This document shows, piece after piece, positions 1 to 8,331 of a stretch of 18,443 nucleotides of DNA (position 1 is the stretch's first letter; each line of letters begins with the position of its first letter). Below the pieces are notes generated by a model. It did not search any database, was not told the DNA's origin, and saw nothing but the letters and a program-made list of their open reading frames with translations. This DNA comes from Candidatus Eiseniibacteriota bacterium (GTDB lineage Bacteria > Eisenbacteria > RBG-16-71-46), in NCBI GenBank assembly GCA_031366795.1, contig JANLOX010000275.1:1-18443 (forward strand), given 5' to 3'. Made by a program: the position numbers and the translations under genes.

Positions 1-13
1 TTCGGTCCCAGAA

Positions 14-364
14 TTACTTCAGCCCGCACCCATAGAAGTACTCGTAGGCATTACCTGGATCGAGCGGCAGCGGACACTTGAACGAGGAGAACAGCACTGC
101 CCCGTTGAGGAAGGTGCAGAACACGTCCTGCGTCGACGACACGGTCGACAGACGCAGCGTGAACAGACCATTGCAGGGATCGCTCAGCTTGCCGGTGCCC
201 TGGAGATAGGACGCGACTGCGACCGGGGACATTGTTCCCGTGGCGAGCGTTGCGCCCGAGCCATCCAGCACGGTGACCGCTCACACGGTCGGGTCGCTGG
301 ACTTCGAGGAACAACCGCACAACGCAGCCATCAGGCAGCAGAACACGAGGGTCGTCAGCTTCAT
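14..364 (-). pseudogene. Small lipoprotein gene (116 codons) interrupted by an in-frame TGA at codon 28: pseudogene, sequencing error or readthrough
   Basis: ATG at 364 has a GGAGG SD (371-375) 6 nt upstream. MKLTTLVFCCLMAALCGC is a signal peptide with a lipobox-like LCGC. TGA at 281-283 is followed in the same frame by AVTVLDGSG...YGCGLK to TAA at 14-16. Track ORFs 281..505 and 14..271 share a frame. Confidence 0.65.
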
Positions 365-501
365 GGGGTACCTCCGGTAGGCAGGAGGCATCGGCACGGC
401 GGCGGGAGTTCTGGAGGTGGGGCTCGGGGGCACCGTTCGGGCGCCAAGATGCCAACTCGTTCTGGAACGAGCTGTGTTGAGTGATATCGACTTTGCTGCG
501 C

Positions 502-714
502 TCAAAGGTCCTGCGGTCTGAGCCCCGTGCGCTTCGAGATCCGGGCCAACATTCTTGGTCCAATCTCCTCACCGTCATGAAAGGCAAAAACAAAATCGGG
601 CCAGCCCGGTCGTTCCATGGTCCGGTGCGAACCCGATTGTCTCTTGGTCGTCCATCCCACGCGCTCAAGCGCAGCCAAAACCTGCCGCGCGCGCGAACTC
701 GGCCAGATCGTCAC
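502..714 (-). CDS. hicA: HicA family mRNA interferase toxin (type II TA)
   Basis: 70 aa, basic. Pattern ALERVGW-x(3)-RQSGSH (conserved GSH) and H-x-GEEIGPRMLARI. GTG start overlaps the upstream hicB stop (GTGA, 711-714). Confidence 0.92.
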   Translation of the reverse strand: MTIWPSSRARQVLAALERVGWTTKRQSGSHRTMERPGWPDFVFAFHDGEEIGPRMLARISKRTGLRPQDL

Positions 715-917
715 GCGGCGCGGAAGGCGATGTCCTCAAGGTCTGGACCGGCCTCTCCGTGTTCAAGTCGCTCCGCCATGGCACGCAGCGCCAACGCCTT
801 CGCCTTCGAGGTGGCCTCCTCGCGCGAGACCCCATAGACCATGGCGCCTGAAAGCTCAAGCACCTCGGCGATCCATCGTCCGTCTGCTTCCTGCTCCAGC
901 TCGATTCGAAAGATCAT
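711..917 (-). CDS. hicB: HicB family antitoxin, short form with no obvious DNA-binding domain
   Basis: 68 aa from ATG 917. EQEADGRWIAEVLELSGAMVYGVSREEA matches the HicB partial RNase H fold motif (DGxW/Y..VPxLPG...G.T.EEA). Acidic, and coupled to hicA. Confidence 0.9.
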   Translation of the reverse strand: MIFRIELEQEADGRWIAEVLELSGAMVYGVSREEATSKAKALALRAMAERLEHGEAGPDLEDIAFRAA

Positions 918-926
918 CGTGAAATG

Positions 927-955
927 AGTATCCCTCGCCCGAGAAATGGAGTCCA
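927..955 (-). promoter_or_regulatory. Putative sigma70 promoter for hicBA
   Basis: TGGACT (955-950), 17-nt spacer, GATACT (932-927), ending 9 nt before the ATG at 917. Confidence 0.45.
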
Positions 956-976
956 CAAATTATTGGTCGGATTCCT

Positions 977-1019
977 GTGGCAGGGGATCAGCCGAACGGC
1001 TCAGGACCCCGCCCGCCAC
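977..1019 (-). terminator. Imperfect long hairpin just after the dehydrogenase stop (terminator or 3' stabiliser)
   Basis: Nested pairings on the minus strand: GTGGC/GCCAC, GGGGTC/GATCCC, AGCC/GGCT. Begins 3 nt after the TAG at 1023-1025. No immediate U-tract. Confidence 0.4.
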
Positions 1020-1022
1020 CCT

Positions 1023-2618
1023 CTACCTCACCAGCGGAATCCGCCTCGTGAAGCTCGCGCCATCGACACCCAGGCGCGCCATGTAGACGCCGGGCGGAAC
1101 GTTGCGGCCGGATTCGTCGCGGCCGTCCCACAGCGCGAGATGTTCGCCCGCGGCGAGCGAGGTCTCGGGCTGCAGCTCACGCACGCGGCGGCCGAGCGCG
1201 TCGTAGATCGCCAACCGCGCACGCGCGGCGCGCGGCAACACATAGCGAAGACTCGCGGAGCCACGCGAGGGCGACGGGTACACCGGGGCGAACTCGACAC
1301 GCGCTGCAGCACGACTCTCAACGCCCACATTTCCGTTGTCATGCGCGATGCGCCGCACCTCGCCTGAACCCGAGGCGAAGTCATAGCCATTGAGTGCGTA
1401 GTAAACGGCGCCATCGGGGCCCAGCACGTAGTCGCTGGCCTGCGTGTAGCCGCGCGCCCAATCCGCGGTGCTCGGCTGTCCCGGTACCACGGGCGCCTTC
1501 ACCCATGTGCCGGAGCTGTCGCGCAGCATCCAGATGAAGCCGGTGTAGTAGTCGCTGAACAAATACCGCCCGTCGTACGACGCCGGGAAGGTCACGGTGG
1601 AGTTGGGGACGGAGCGCAGCACGACGCCACCGATGATCGTGGCCGAGCAATTATTGGCGCAGTACTCGGCGCGGTCGTACTGGAACGACGGTCCGACGAG
1701 CCCGGATGGTGCCGGAATGCCGCACTCGTTGGTCACGAATGGCGCGGTGCCCTCGAGATAGGGCCAGCCAAAGTTGAGCCCGCCAGTCGAGGTCACGTCG
1801 AGTTCCTCATACTTGGCGAAGCCGACATCGGCGATAAACAGCCGTCCGGTTGGCTTGTCGATCGAGAAGCGGAATGGATTCCTCAAGCCCCGCTCCCACA
1901 CCAGGCGCCGGTTGACGTTCGCACTGGTCCCCCAGGGATTGCCGGCCGCGGCGAGCAATGGCTTGTTGGGCGGACCGGGCGTATCGGGCAAGCCGCGCAC
2001 GTCGAGGCGCAGGATGACGCCGTTGAGCTTGGTGGTGTCGGTGGCGGTGCAGGCGATTGCATCTTCACCGAGGCTCACGTAGAGCAGCGAGTCGGGACCG
2101 AAGCGCAGGGTACCGCCGCTGTGCACATCGGTCACGCTCGCGATGTCGCGAATCAATTCGCGGCGCGAACCGGCCACGATCGCGAGGTTCCCGCTGGTGC
2201 CATCACTCAGGTCGCCGGCGGCGGTGAAGCGCGAGATGCGCAGCGTCGAGTCGAGCGCCGCGGACAGCGTGTAGATGAAAGGCTTGGACGGCCAGCGCGG
2301 ATCGGCGACCACGCCGAGGAGACCCTGCTCGCCCCCGGCGGTCGCGATGCTGTCGACGATGCCGATCGGATCGATCGCGGCCAGCTCGCCGTTGACGATC
2401 ATGCGCAGCCTGCCCGACTGCAACTCGCACACCAAGAGCCGTCCGTCGGGCAGGAAGGCGATGCCGGTGGGCCAGTCGAGGCCCGATGCCAGCACCTGGT
2501 CCTGGAACCCCGTGGGGAGCTGGACGGCGGCGTGAGCGCCGGATGTGAAAAAAGCGGCTAACCCGCTGCAAAACAATGCTGTAGCTAAGGCGCGCCGGAG
2601 CGAAGGCAATGAGATCAT
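1023..2618 (-). CDS. Secreted PQQ-dependent sugar dehydrogenase (GSDH/sGDH-type beta-propeller) with C-terminal FlgD-Ig / T9SS-like sorting domain
   Basis: Signal peptide ending GAHA-A. GSDH motifs: GLDWPTGIAFLPDGRLLV, GEQGLLG, HSGGTLRFGPDSLLYVSLGE, GLRNPFRFSID, NFGWP. C-terminus YPSPSRG...IYDALGRRVREL...WDGRDESGRNVPPGVY. Start may be 2618 or 2648. Confidence 0.88.
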   Translation of the reverse strand: MISLPSLRRALATALFCSGLAAFFTSGAHAAVQLPTGFQDQVLASGLDWPTGIAFLPDGRLLVCELQSGRLRMIVNGELAAIDPIGIVDSIATAGGEQGLLGVVADPRWPSKPFIYTLSAALDSTLRISRFTAAGDLSDGTSGNLAIVAGSRRELIRDIASVTDVHSGGTLRFGPDSLLYVSLGEDAIACTATDTTKLNGVILRLDVRGLPDTPGPPNKPLLAAAGNPWGTSANVNRRLVWERGLRNPFRFSIDKPTGRLFIADVGFAKYEELDVTSTGGLNFGWPYLEGTAPFVTNECGIPAPSGLVGPSFQYDRAEYCANNCSATIIGGVVLRSVPNSTVTFPASYDGRYLFSDYYTGFIWMLRDSSGTWVKAPVVPGQPSTADWARGYTQASDYVLGPDGAVYYALNGYDFASGSGEVRRIAHDNGNVGVESRAAARVEFAPVYPSPSRGSASLRYVLPRAARARLAIYDALGRRVRELQPETSLAAGEHLALWDGRDESGRNVPPGVYMARLGVDGASFTRRIPLVR

Positions 2619-2742
2619 AGCGGTGGGAGCTCTCGATCCGAGATGCATTATGAGCGCGAGGGGTCGCCGGGAGACATGAGGTTAGCATGCAAGTTACGCA
2701 GTATCTAGGACGGGTTTGACCCCCATAAACCGGGACACTGGC

Positions 2743-4140
2743 TCAGTGCGCGCTGGCGTCCTTGAACACGCGGACCAAGGTCTTGAGCAGGATCCGGATG
2801 TCGAGCGCCAGTGACCAGTTCCTGATGTAGAACAGGTCGTATTCGACGCGTTCGTCCAGTGGCGTATCGCCGCGCAGTCCGTGCACCTGCGCCCACCCAG
2901 TGATCCCCGCCTTCACGTGATGGCGCAGCATGTACCGCGGGATCGAAGCGCGGAACTGGTCCACGTACACCGGCCGCTCGGGACGCGGTCCGACGAGGCT
3001 CATCTCTCCTACCAGCACATTGACGAGTTGGGGCAGCTCGTCCATCGAGGTGGGGCGCAACACCCGCCCGGCGCGCGTGCGGCGCGGGTCGCCGGGGACG
3101 GTCCAACCGGCCCCTTGGGCCTCCGCGTCCGTGCGCATGGTGCGGAATTTCAGCATCTTGAAGCGCAAGCCGTTGAGCCCGATACGCTCCTGGGCGTAGA
3201 ACACGGGCCCGCGCGAATCGAGCTTGATCCACACCGCGATCGCCAGCAACAGCGGGCACAACACCACCAGCCCCACCGCTGAGAACACCAGGTCGAAGCA
3301 GCGCTTGAGCAAGGCGTTCCACCCCTGCCCGGGGCTCTCGGTGACGAGCACCACGGGCAGTCCGTCGAATTCCTCGACGCTGGCGTTGAGCGTGAAGGCG
3401 CGCGCCAGGTCGGGAACCAGCCGCACTGCGGCGGTCGAATCGCTGAGCTGCGCGAGTGCTGCTTCCTCGGCCGCGAACTCGGCGCGCGCGAGCGCGAGAT
3501 AGACGAGGTCGATGTGGTGACGCTCGACAAGTTGCGGCAGCTCACTGACGACGCCGAGCACCGGCAGTCCCGCGACATTCGCGGGAGCCGTTGTGGAATC
3601 AGGAGCCACGACACCACTAACGACCAGACCGTAGTCGGCGTGCGACTGGACCTTGCGCACCACCGTCTCGGCCAGCGGACCCGTGCCCACGACAAGGCAG
3701 TAGCGAAGGTTGCGGCCGTGGCGGCGCATCTGGCGCAGCGACCAGCGGATCACGAGACGGCTGCCGCACAAACCGAACAGCGCGATTCCTGCGAACAACA
3801 GCAGCATCGAGCGCGACAGTTCGCCGCGCGCGAAGAACGAGGCGAGACCCGCGAGTGCGGTGATGATCACCACGCCCTGCGTGAGCGCCATCAACTCTTC
3901 GCCCAACCGGGCGGTGCGCGCGGAGCGGTAGAGTTGGAAGCTGCGCAGCACGATCAACCCGACGGGCGTGATGACGGCGCAGGTCCACGCATAGAACGCG
4001 AGCGGCGGCACGCCCAACGGCGCGGTCCAGCCCGGCGTGTGGAACCGCACGAAGTACGCGCCGAACCAGGCGAGCACCAGCAACAGCGCGTCGAGCGCGA
4101 ACACGGCGGTGGAGAACAATTGTCGGTGACGGGCCAGCAC
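2743..4140 (-). CDS. wcaJ: Undecaprenyl-phosphate glucose (hexose) phosphotransferase, WcaJ/GumD/WbaP family initiating transferase
   Basis: Four N-terminal TM segments, a Rossmann-like LVVGTG domain, then the sugar-transferase domain: [66 protein letters not shown]. Confidence 0.93.
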   Translation of the reverse strand: MLARHRQLFSTAVFALDALLLVLAWFGAYFVRFHTPGWTAPLGVPPLAFYAWTCAVITPVGLIVLRSFQLYRSARTARLGEELMALTQGVVIITALAGLASFFARGELSRSMLLLFAGIALFGLCGSRLVIRWSLRQMRRHGRNLRYCLVVGTGPLAETVVRKVQSHADYGLVVSGVVAPDSTTAPANVAGLPVLGVVSELPQLVERHHIDLVYLALARAEFAAEEAALAQLSDSTAAVRLVPDLARAFTLNASVEEFDGLPVVLVTESPGQGWNALLKRCFDLVFSAVGLVVLCPLLLAIAVWIKLDSRGPVFYAQERIGLNGLRFKMLKFRTMRTDAEAQGAGWTVPGDPRRTRAGRVLRPTSMDELPQLVNVLVGEMSLVGPRPERPVYVDQFRASIPRYMLRHHVKAGITGWAQVHGLRGDTPLDERVEYDLFYIRNWSLALDIRILLKTLVRVFKDASAH

Positions 4141-4146
4141 GCCGCC

Positions 4147-4152
4147 AGCCTA
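4147..4152 (-). promoter_or_regulatory. Candidate -10 box for a leaderless wcaJ transcript
   Basis: TAGGCT ends 6 nt before the GTG start at 4140. No SD is visible and the -35 is weak (TCGAGT at 17 nt). Confidence 0.4.
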
Positions 4153-4234
4153 ACCGATTTGGGAGGGGAACTCGATGGGCGCGCGGCAACACTGGAGACG
4201 TCGGCTGAGCCCTGCCCCGCACGTCACGCAGCGG

Positions 4235-5656
4235 TCAATCTGCATCTGGGGCGAGCGTGCGACGGCCCTTCCAGCGCAGCGCATAGACGTCAGTCGCGGT
4301 AAGCCGCATCGCCACGCCGATGCACAGCGCGAACGTGAACGTGGTGTTGGTCTCGGCCAGCGGGAAGTGGACGAGGCTGTATACCATGCAGTATACGACC
4401 ACCGCCGCCGCGCCGGTGCACCACGATTGCTCGTAGAGGTCGTTGAGGCGCCGGCCATTGACTCCCACCCGGATGAGCGCAATCAACATCCAGACCCACA
4501 GCGCGAGTCCGATGAGTCCCTGCTTGAGCGTGACGAGCAGATAGTTCTGGTGCACAAACCATTGCTCGATGAGCGTCCAGTGGATCGGCTCACGCACCAC
4601 AAAGTAGTAACCAAGACCGTGCCCGAAGATTGGCTGGTCGGCGATGAGATCGAGCACGTGGAAATACTCCACGAGCCGCACGATGTTCGAGGAGGACTCC
4701 TCGGTGAACTTGGTTCCCGCCGACGACGCGAAGCGGCTGCCCGCGAGCTCGAGTACGTTGCCGATCCCCAGCGTGCTGCCCAGGATGATGATGCCAAGCA
4801 GGCAGATTCCGGCGACCATGGAGAGCGCCACAGCCGAGCGCCGAGCGCGCGCGCCTGCCCCCTCGCTCTTACCGACATACACCACGAGCGAGAATACGAT
4901 GCCCGCGATGAGTGCGAGCCAGAACCCGCGCGTGAACGACAGGAACTGCTGGGCAAGCGCCGGCCCCATGGACAATAGCCACAGCATCATCTTCGAGCGC
5001 GTCTGGGCGCGTAGCGCGAAATTAAACAGCATCATCGCGACGACGCCGGGCACGGGAGCGAAGAACACGCCGATGGTGCGGGTGTGGATCGTGGAGAATA
5101 CATAGGCGCCGAGCACAAAGTGCGCGAACGCAATCACCCACAGCCACGTCATCAACTCGCGTTGTTCACGGGGGCTCGGGCGCTTGTTGGCGACCAGCAG
5201 GCAGCTCAGCAGGGCCAGACACGCGAGGATCTCGAGGCCCGCATAGCGCGGCGAATTGCCTATGGCGAGGCCGCGCGCAAAGTTGATGAACGTCAGTCCG
5301 CCATACAACAGTAGCGGCAACGTGGCTGGCGTGCGGGGGATCACCAGAGCATCCCAGCGGCGCGCCAGCAGGTAGCAGTACAATGAGAACGCGATCAGCG
5401 GGGTGAGCAGGGACAACTGGTAGGTGAGCTGGTGATTGCCGTAGTTGATGAAGGATCCCGCCACCACGACCAGCAGGTACGACGTCAAGAAATCCAGCGG
5501 CCGCGCTCGCTGGATGAGGGCAAAGACGAGAATCGCGATTGCAGCAATCCAGTTCACGAAGACGCCGACCGCCAGGAGCGACAGCAGCAGCAGCCACCAG
5601 TGCAGTGGTGGCGTCGCCGAGGGCAGGCGTGCCGTGTCGAGCCGCGTCGCGCTCAC
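4235..5656 (-). CDS. O-antigen polymerase/ligase family membrane protein (Wzy_C domain)
   Basis: 473 aa with many TM helices. SFTRGFW, a periplasmic loop S-N-IVR, PIFGHGLG and VHQNYL are typical of Wzy/WaaL/O-OTase. GTGA overlap with the wzx stop. Confidence 0.85.
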   Translation of the reverse strand: MSATRLDTARLPSATPPLHWWLLLLSLLAVGVFVNWIAAIAILVFALIQRARPLDFLTSYLLVVVAGSFINYGNHQLTYQLSLLTPLIAFSLYCYLLARRWDALVIPRTPATLPLLLYGGLTFINFARGLAIGNSPRYAGLEILACLALLSCLLVANKRPSPREQRELMTWLWVIAFAHFVLGAYVFSTIHTRTIGVFFAPVPGVVAMMLFNFALRAQTRSKMMLWLLSMGPALAQQFLSFTRGFWLALIAGIVFSLVVYVGKSEGAGARARRSAVALSMVAGICLLGIIILGSTLGIGNVLELAGSRFASSAGTKFTEESSSNIVRLVEYFHVLDLIADQPIFGHGLGYYFVVREPIHWTLIEQWFVHQNYLLVTLKQGLIGLALWVWMLIALIRVGVNGRRLNDLYEQSWCTGAAAVVVYCMVYSLVHFPLAETNTTFTFALCIGVAMRLTATDVYALRWKGRRTLAPDAD

Positions 5657-7221
5657 GAATGGCCCTCCCCCGGAACATCGCGCGAGCTCGTCCGGTGACC
5701 GGCGCCCAATCGCGACAACAGCACCGCGGGGTCACCGGTTGGCCACAGCAACGCGGCGGTGATAAGTGTGTAGGCTCCGCCCTGCAGCAGCAGGATGCGC
5801 AAGGCGTCCATCCGGCTCCCCGGCAACGCCATGGGCCAGAGCATGTGCAGTGTCCCAGCCGCCAGGGCTGGCAAGGCGAAGCGCGGCAGCACGAGCGTCC
5901 AGAGCCAGCGGCCGGTCGCCACATTCAACACCCGATGCATCGTCACAAACAACCAAGCACCGGCCAGACCGTACGAGACGCCCATTGCGATAGCCGCCCC
6001 AGCCGGTCCCATCCGGGGCACCAGCCACACGCTCATCAGCACGTTGATCGCCAGTGCGATGGCGAAGTTGAGTGTCTCGAGCAGCGGCCATCCGCCGCCG
6101 CGCGCCACGGCGGTCGCTGGACCTGAAATGGTCGCCACCGCGAACGCGATCGCCAGCAGCCGGACCACGGTGACCGAACCGGCCATGGCCAACACCTGCT
6201 GCGGCCCCAGCCACAACACGCCGACGGCAGGCGCGGTCAGCCACAGCCCCCCGAGCACGAGGCCGCCCAGCGCGAAGATCCAACGGCAGGCCCATGCGTA
6301 GACGGTGCGAACGCGATCGTGGTCGCCACTGGCCGAAGCGTGCGCCGCCGCCGGAATCACCGCGCCCTGAACAAGCGTCGGCAACGACCACACCGCATTC
6401 GCGACCCGGTAGCCGAGCGAGAACTCCGTCACCCATCTCAGCTGGCCCAGCGCGCCGAGCAGGTAGCTCCACGCCTGTTGCTGGCCAACTGCGCAAACAG
6501 CCGTTCCCTGTACGGCACCGCCGAAATTCAGCATCTCACGCCACGTCACGCGCTCGCGAGGTGGGCCAGTGTGCAGATTGCGCATCGAGCGCCGCACCAG
6601 CAGTGCGGCCAGCGTACCCGACAGCATGTGCCCGCTGATCGCCGCGAACGCGATGGCGATGAGCCCCATCCCAAGCGAAAGCCCCACGAGCAAAACCGTG
6701 GCGTGAAGTGCGAGGCCGGACAGGAAGCATAGATTCTGGAGATCGAGCCGTTGCAGCCCGACCAGGGCACCGGTAAGCACCTGGGTTACCGAGAACACAA
6801 ACATGGAGACCGCGAACAGCAACAGGCTCCGCGATACCTCGGGTTGGAGTGGGAGGGGTACGTGGAACGCCCTGATCAGCACGCCGCGGCCCGCCATGGA
6901 GGCAAGGCACCACAGCAGGCCGATCCCGGCGCTCAAAGCAAGGGAGCGACGCAGCACCAAGCGCAGGTTTGGCCGGTCGCCGTGCGCGGCCGACAAAGCC
7001 ATGTGGCGCGCCACCGCGTTGCCCATCCCGAAATCGAGCGTGGCCACATTGCCACCGAGCCCCAGGAACAAAGACCACACGGCGAATCGCTCCGGGCCGA
7101 GCCGGGACAGCACGACGGGCGTGACCAGTACCCACAACAGTACCGACGCGCTACGGCCAACCACATTGGAGATGGCATTCCGGCGCAGCAATCCGGGGTC
7201 AGCGCCGCGTGCTTCGGACAT
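5653..7221 (-). CDS. wzx: Oligosaccharide flippase (Wzx, MOP superfamily)
   Basis: 522 aa, polytopic. N-terminus LRRNAISNVVGR...TPVVLSRLGPERFAVW...LDFGMGNAVAR and C-terminal LVPRMGPAGAAIA are typical Wzx signatures. Confidence 0.88.
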   Translation of the reverse strand: MSEARGADPGLLRRNAISNVVGRSASVLLWVLVTPVVLSRLGPERFAVWSLFLGLGGNVATLDFGMGNAVARHMALSAAHGDRPNLRLVLRRSLALSAGIGLLWCLASMAGRGVLIRAFHVPLPLQPEVSRSLLLFAVSMFVFSVTQVLTGALVGLQRLDLQNLCFLSGLALHATVLLVGLSLGMGLIAIAFAAISGHMLSGTLAALLVRRSMRNLHTGPPRERVTWREMLNFGGAVQGTAVCAVGQQQAWSYLLGALGQLRWVTEFSLGYRVANAVWSLPTLVQGAVIPAAAHASASGDHDRVRTVYAWACRWIFALGGLVLGGLWLTAPAVGVLWLGPQQVLAMAGSVTVVRLLAIAFAVATISGPATAVARGGGWPLLETLNFAIALAINVLMSVWLVPRMGPAGAAIAMGVSYGLAGAWLFVTMHRVLNVATGRWLWTLVLPRFALPALAAGTLHMLWPMALPGSRMDALRILLLQGGAYTLITAALLWPTGDPAVLLSRLGAGHRTSSRDVPGEGHS

Positions 7222-7255
7222 GATGAACCTAGCCCGGACTATTCATGAAACGCGG

Positions 7256-8329
7256 TCAGCGTGCCGGGGCTGCCGGGGGAGCCGCAGGAATCCTGTCTCC
7301 CTGGAACAGCGCGTAGGCCACCCCTACGGCAAGACTCAGCAGGAACCCGACCGCGATCAGCAGCGTGCGGTGCGGACGCACCTTGCGCTCCGGTAGCGAC
7401 GGCGGATCGAGCACATCGACGGTCACGACATCACGCGCCTCGTCGATGCGCGCCTGCTCGTATTGCGCCGTCAGCAGGATATAGATCTGCTCGTATTTCT
7501 TGACATCGCGCAAGAGCCGCGCCAGTTCGAGCCCCGTGCCCGGCATCGTCCGCATCTGCTTCTCCAACTCATCGAGTTGGTTCAGGATCTGCTGCTCCTC
7601 CTGGGAGCCTGGCGCCGAGTAGCTCCGAATGACTCCGAGCCGCACCTGCAGCGCGGTCCGTTGCGAATAGATCTGCGCGGCGGTCTGGGCAGCGGTCGAC
7701 ATTTCGGGCGTGATGATCGCCGCCTTGTGCGTGACCTGGTAATTCATGAGCGCGCCCTCGGCCTGCGACAGTTCCAGCTTGTTGTCGACCAGCCGCTCCT
7801 CGACGAACTTGCGGGTGCGGCGGCTCTTGGTGGTGCGCACCTCACGATTGAAACGGTCGAGCAATTCGATGTAGGCGCCGAGCACCTGCTGCGCCCGCTG
7901 CGGATTGGTGTCCTCGAACTGCATGTCGATCGTACCCGCGTCGGTCAGCTTGAACTTGACGTGCTGCTTGATCTCCTTGAGCGCACCCTCCATCAACTGC
8001 TTCTTGTACGCCTTCTTCAAGTCGAATCGCGTGACGAGTTCTTCACGAATTCGCCGGCTCTCCAGCACCGCGAGGAACACGTCCGCGGGCGTGGCCTGCG
8101 TCGGGATGCGAATCCCCGGAACGGCGACACCCTTGAGGAGAGTGGCAATACCGAAGCTCGAGTCGTCCTCCCCCGGAGGCAACAACGTGGCGGTCGATTC
8201 GAACCACGGCGGAAGCATGAACGCGACGACCGCAGTCAGCAGCGTCGCGACGACCACGAACATCGCAATAGGGCGGCGGAAAACCAGCAAGCGGTTCATC
8301 AGACTGGAGAGTTCGACGGTGCGTTCCAT
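7256..8329 (-). CDS. Polysaccharide co-polymerase / chain-length regulator (Wzz/GumC-like, no kinase domain)
   Basis: N-terminal TM followed by PWFESTATLLP, a long coiled-coil region, Pro-rich VLDPPSLPERKVRP before the second TM, and a short tail with no Walker motifs. Confidence 0.88.
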   Translation of the reverse strand: MERTVELSSLMNRLLVFRRPIAMFVVVATLLTAVVAFMLPPWFESTATLLPPGEDDSSFGIATLLKGVAVPGIRIPTQATPADVFLAVLESRRIREELVTRFDLKKAYKKQLMEGALKEIKQHVKFKLTDAGTIDMQFEDTNPQRAQQVLGAYIELLDRFNREVRTTKSRRTRKFVEERLVDNKLELSQAEGALMNYQVTHKAAIITPEMSTAAQTAAQIYSQRTALQVRLGVIRSYSAPGSQEEQQILNQLDELEKQMRTMPGTGLELARLLRDVKKYEQIYILLTAQYEQARIDEARDVVTVDVLDPPSLPERKVRPHRTLLIAVGFLLSLAVGVAYALFQGDRIPAAPPAAPAR

Positions 8330-8331
8330 GG

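Noticed and set aside
281..283. Genome-wide TGA recoding (code 4 or 25) as the explanation for the internal stop
   Set aside because: TGA terminates most genes in this window at their expected family ends, and TGG encodes Trp throughout.
440..455. TTGGCA... on the minus strand as a sigma54 promoter
   Set aside because: No GC at the required spacing from the GG, so the -24/-12 geometry fails.
51..922. Alternative ORFs 51..668(-), 481..837(+), 555..851(+), 617..922(+), 665..859(-)
   Set aside because: They overlap the recognisable hicA/hicB and lipoprotein frames and are Arg/Pro-rich with no motifs, as expected for GC-rich shadow ORFs.
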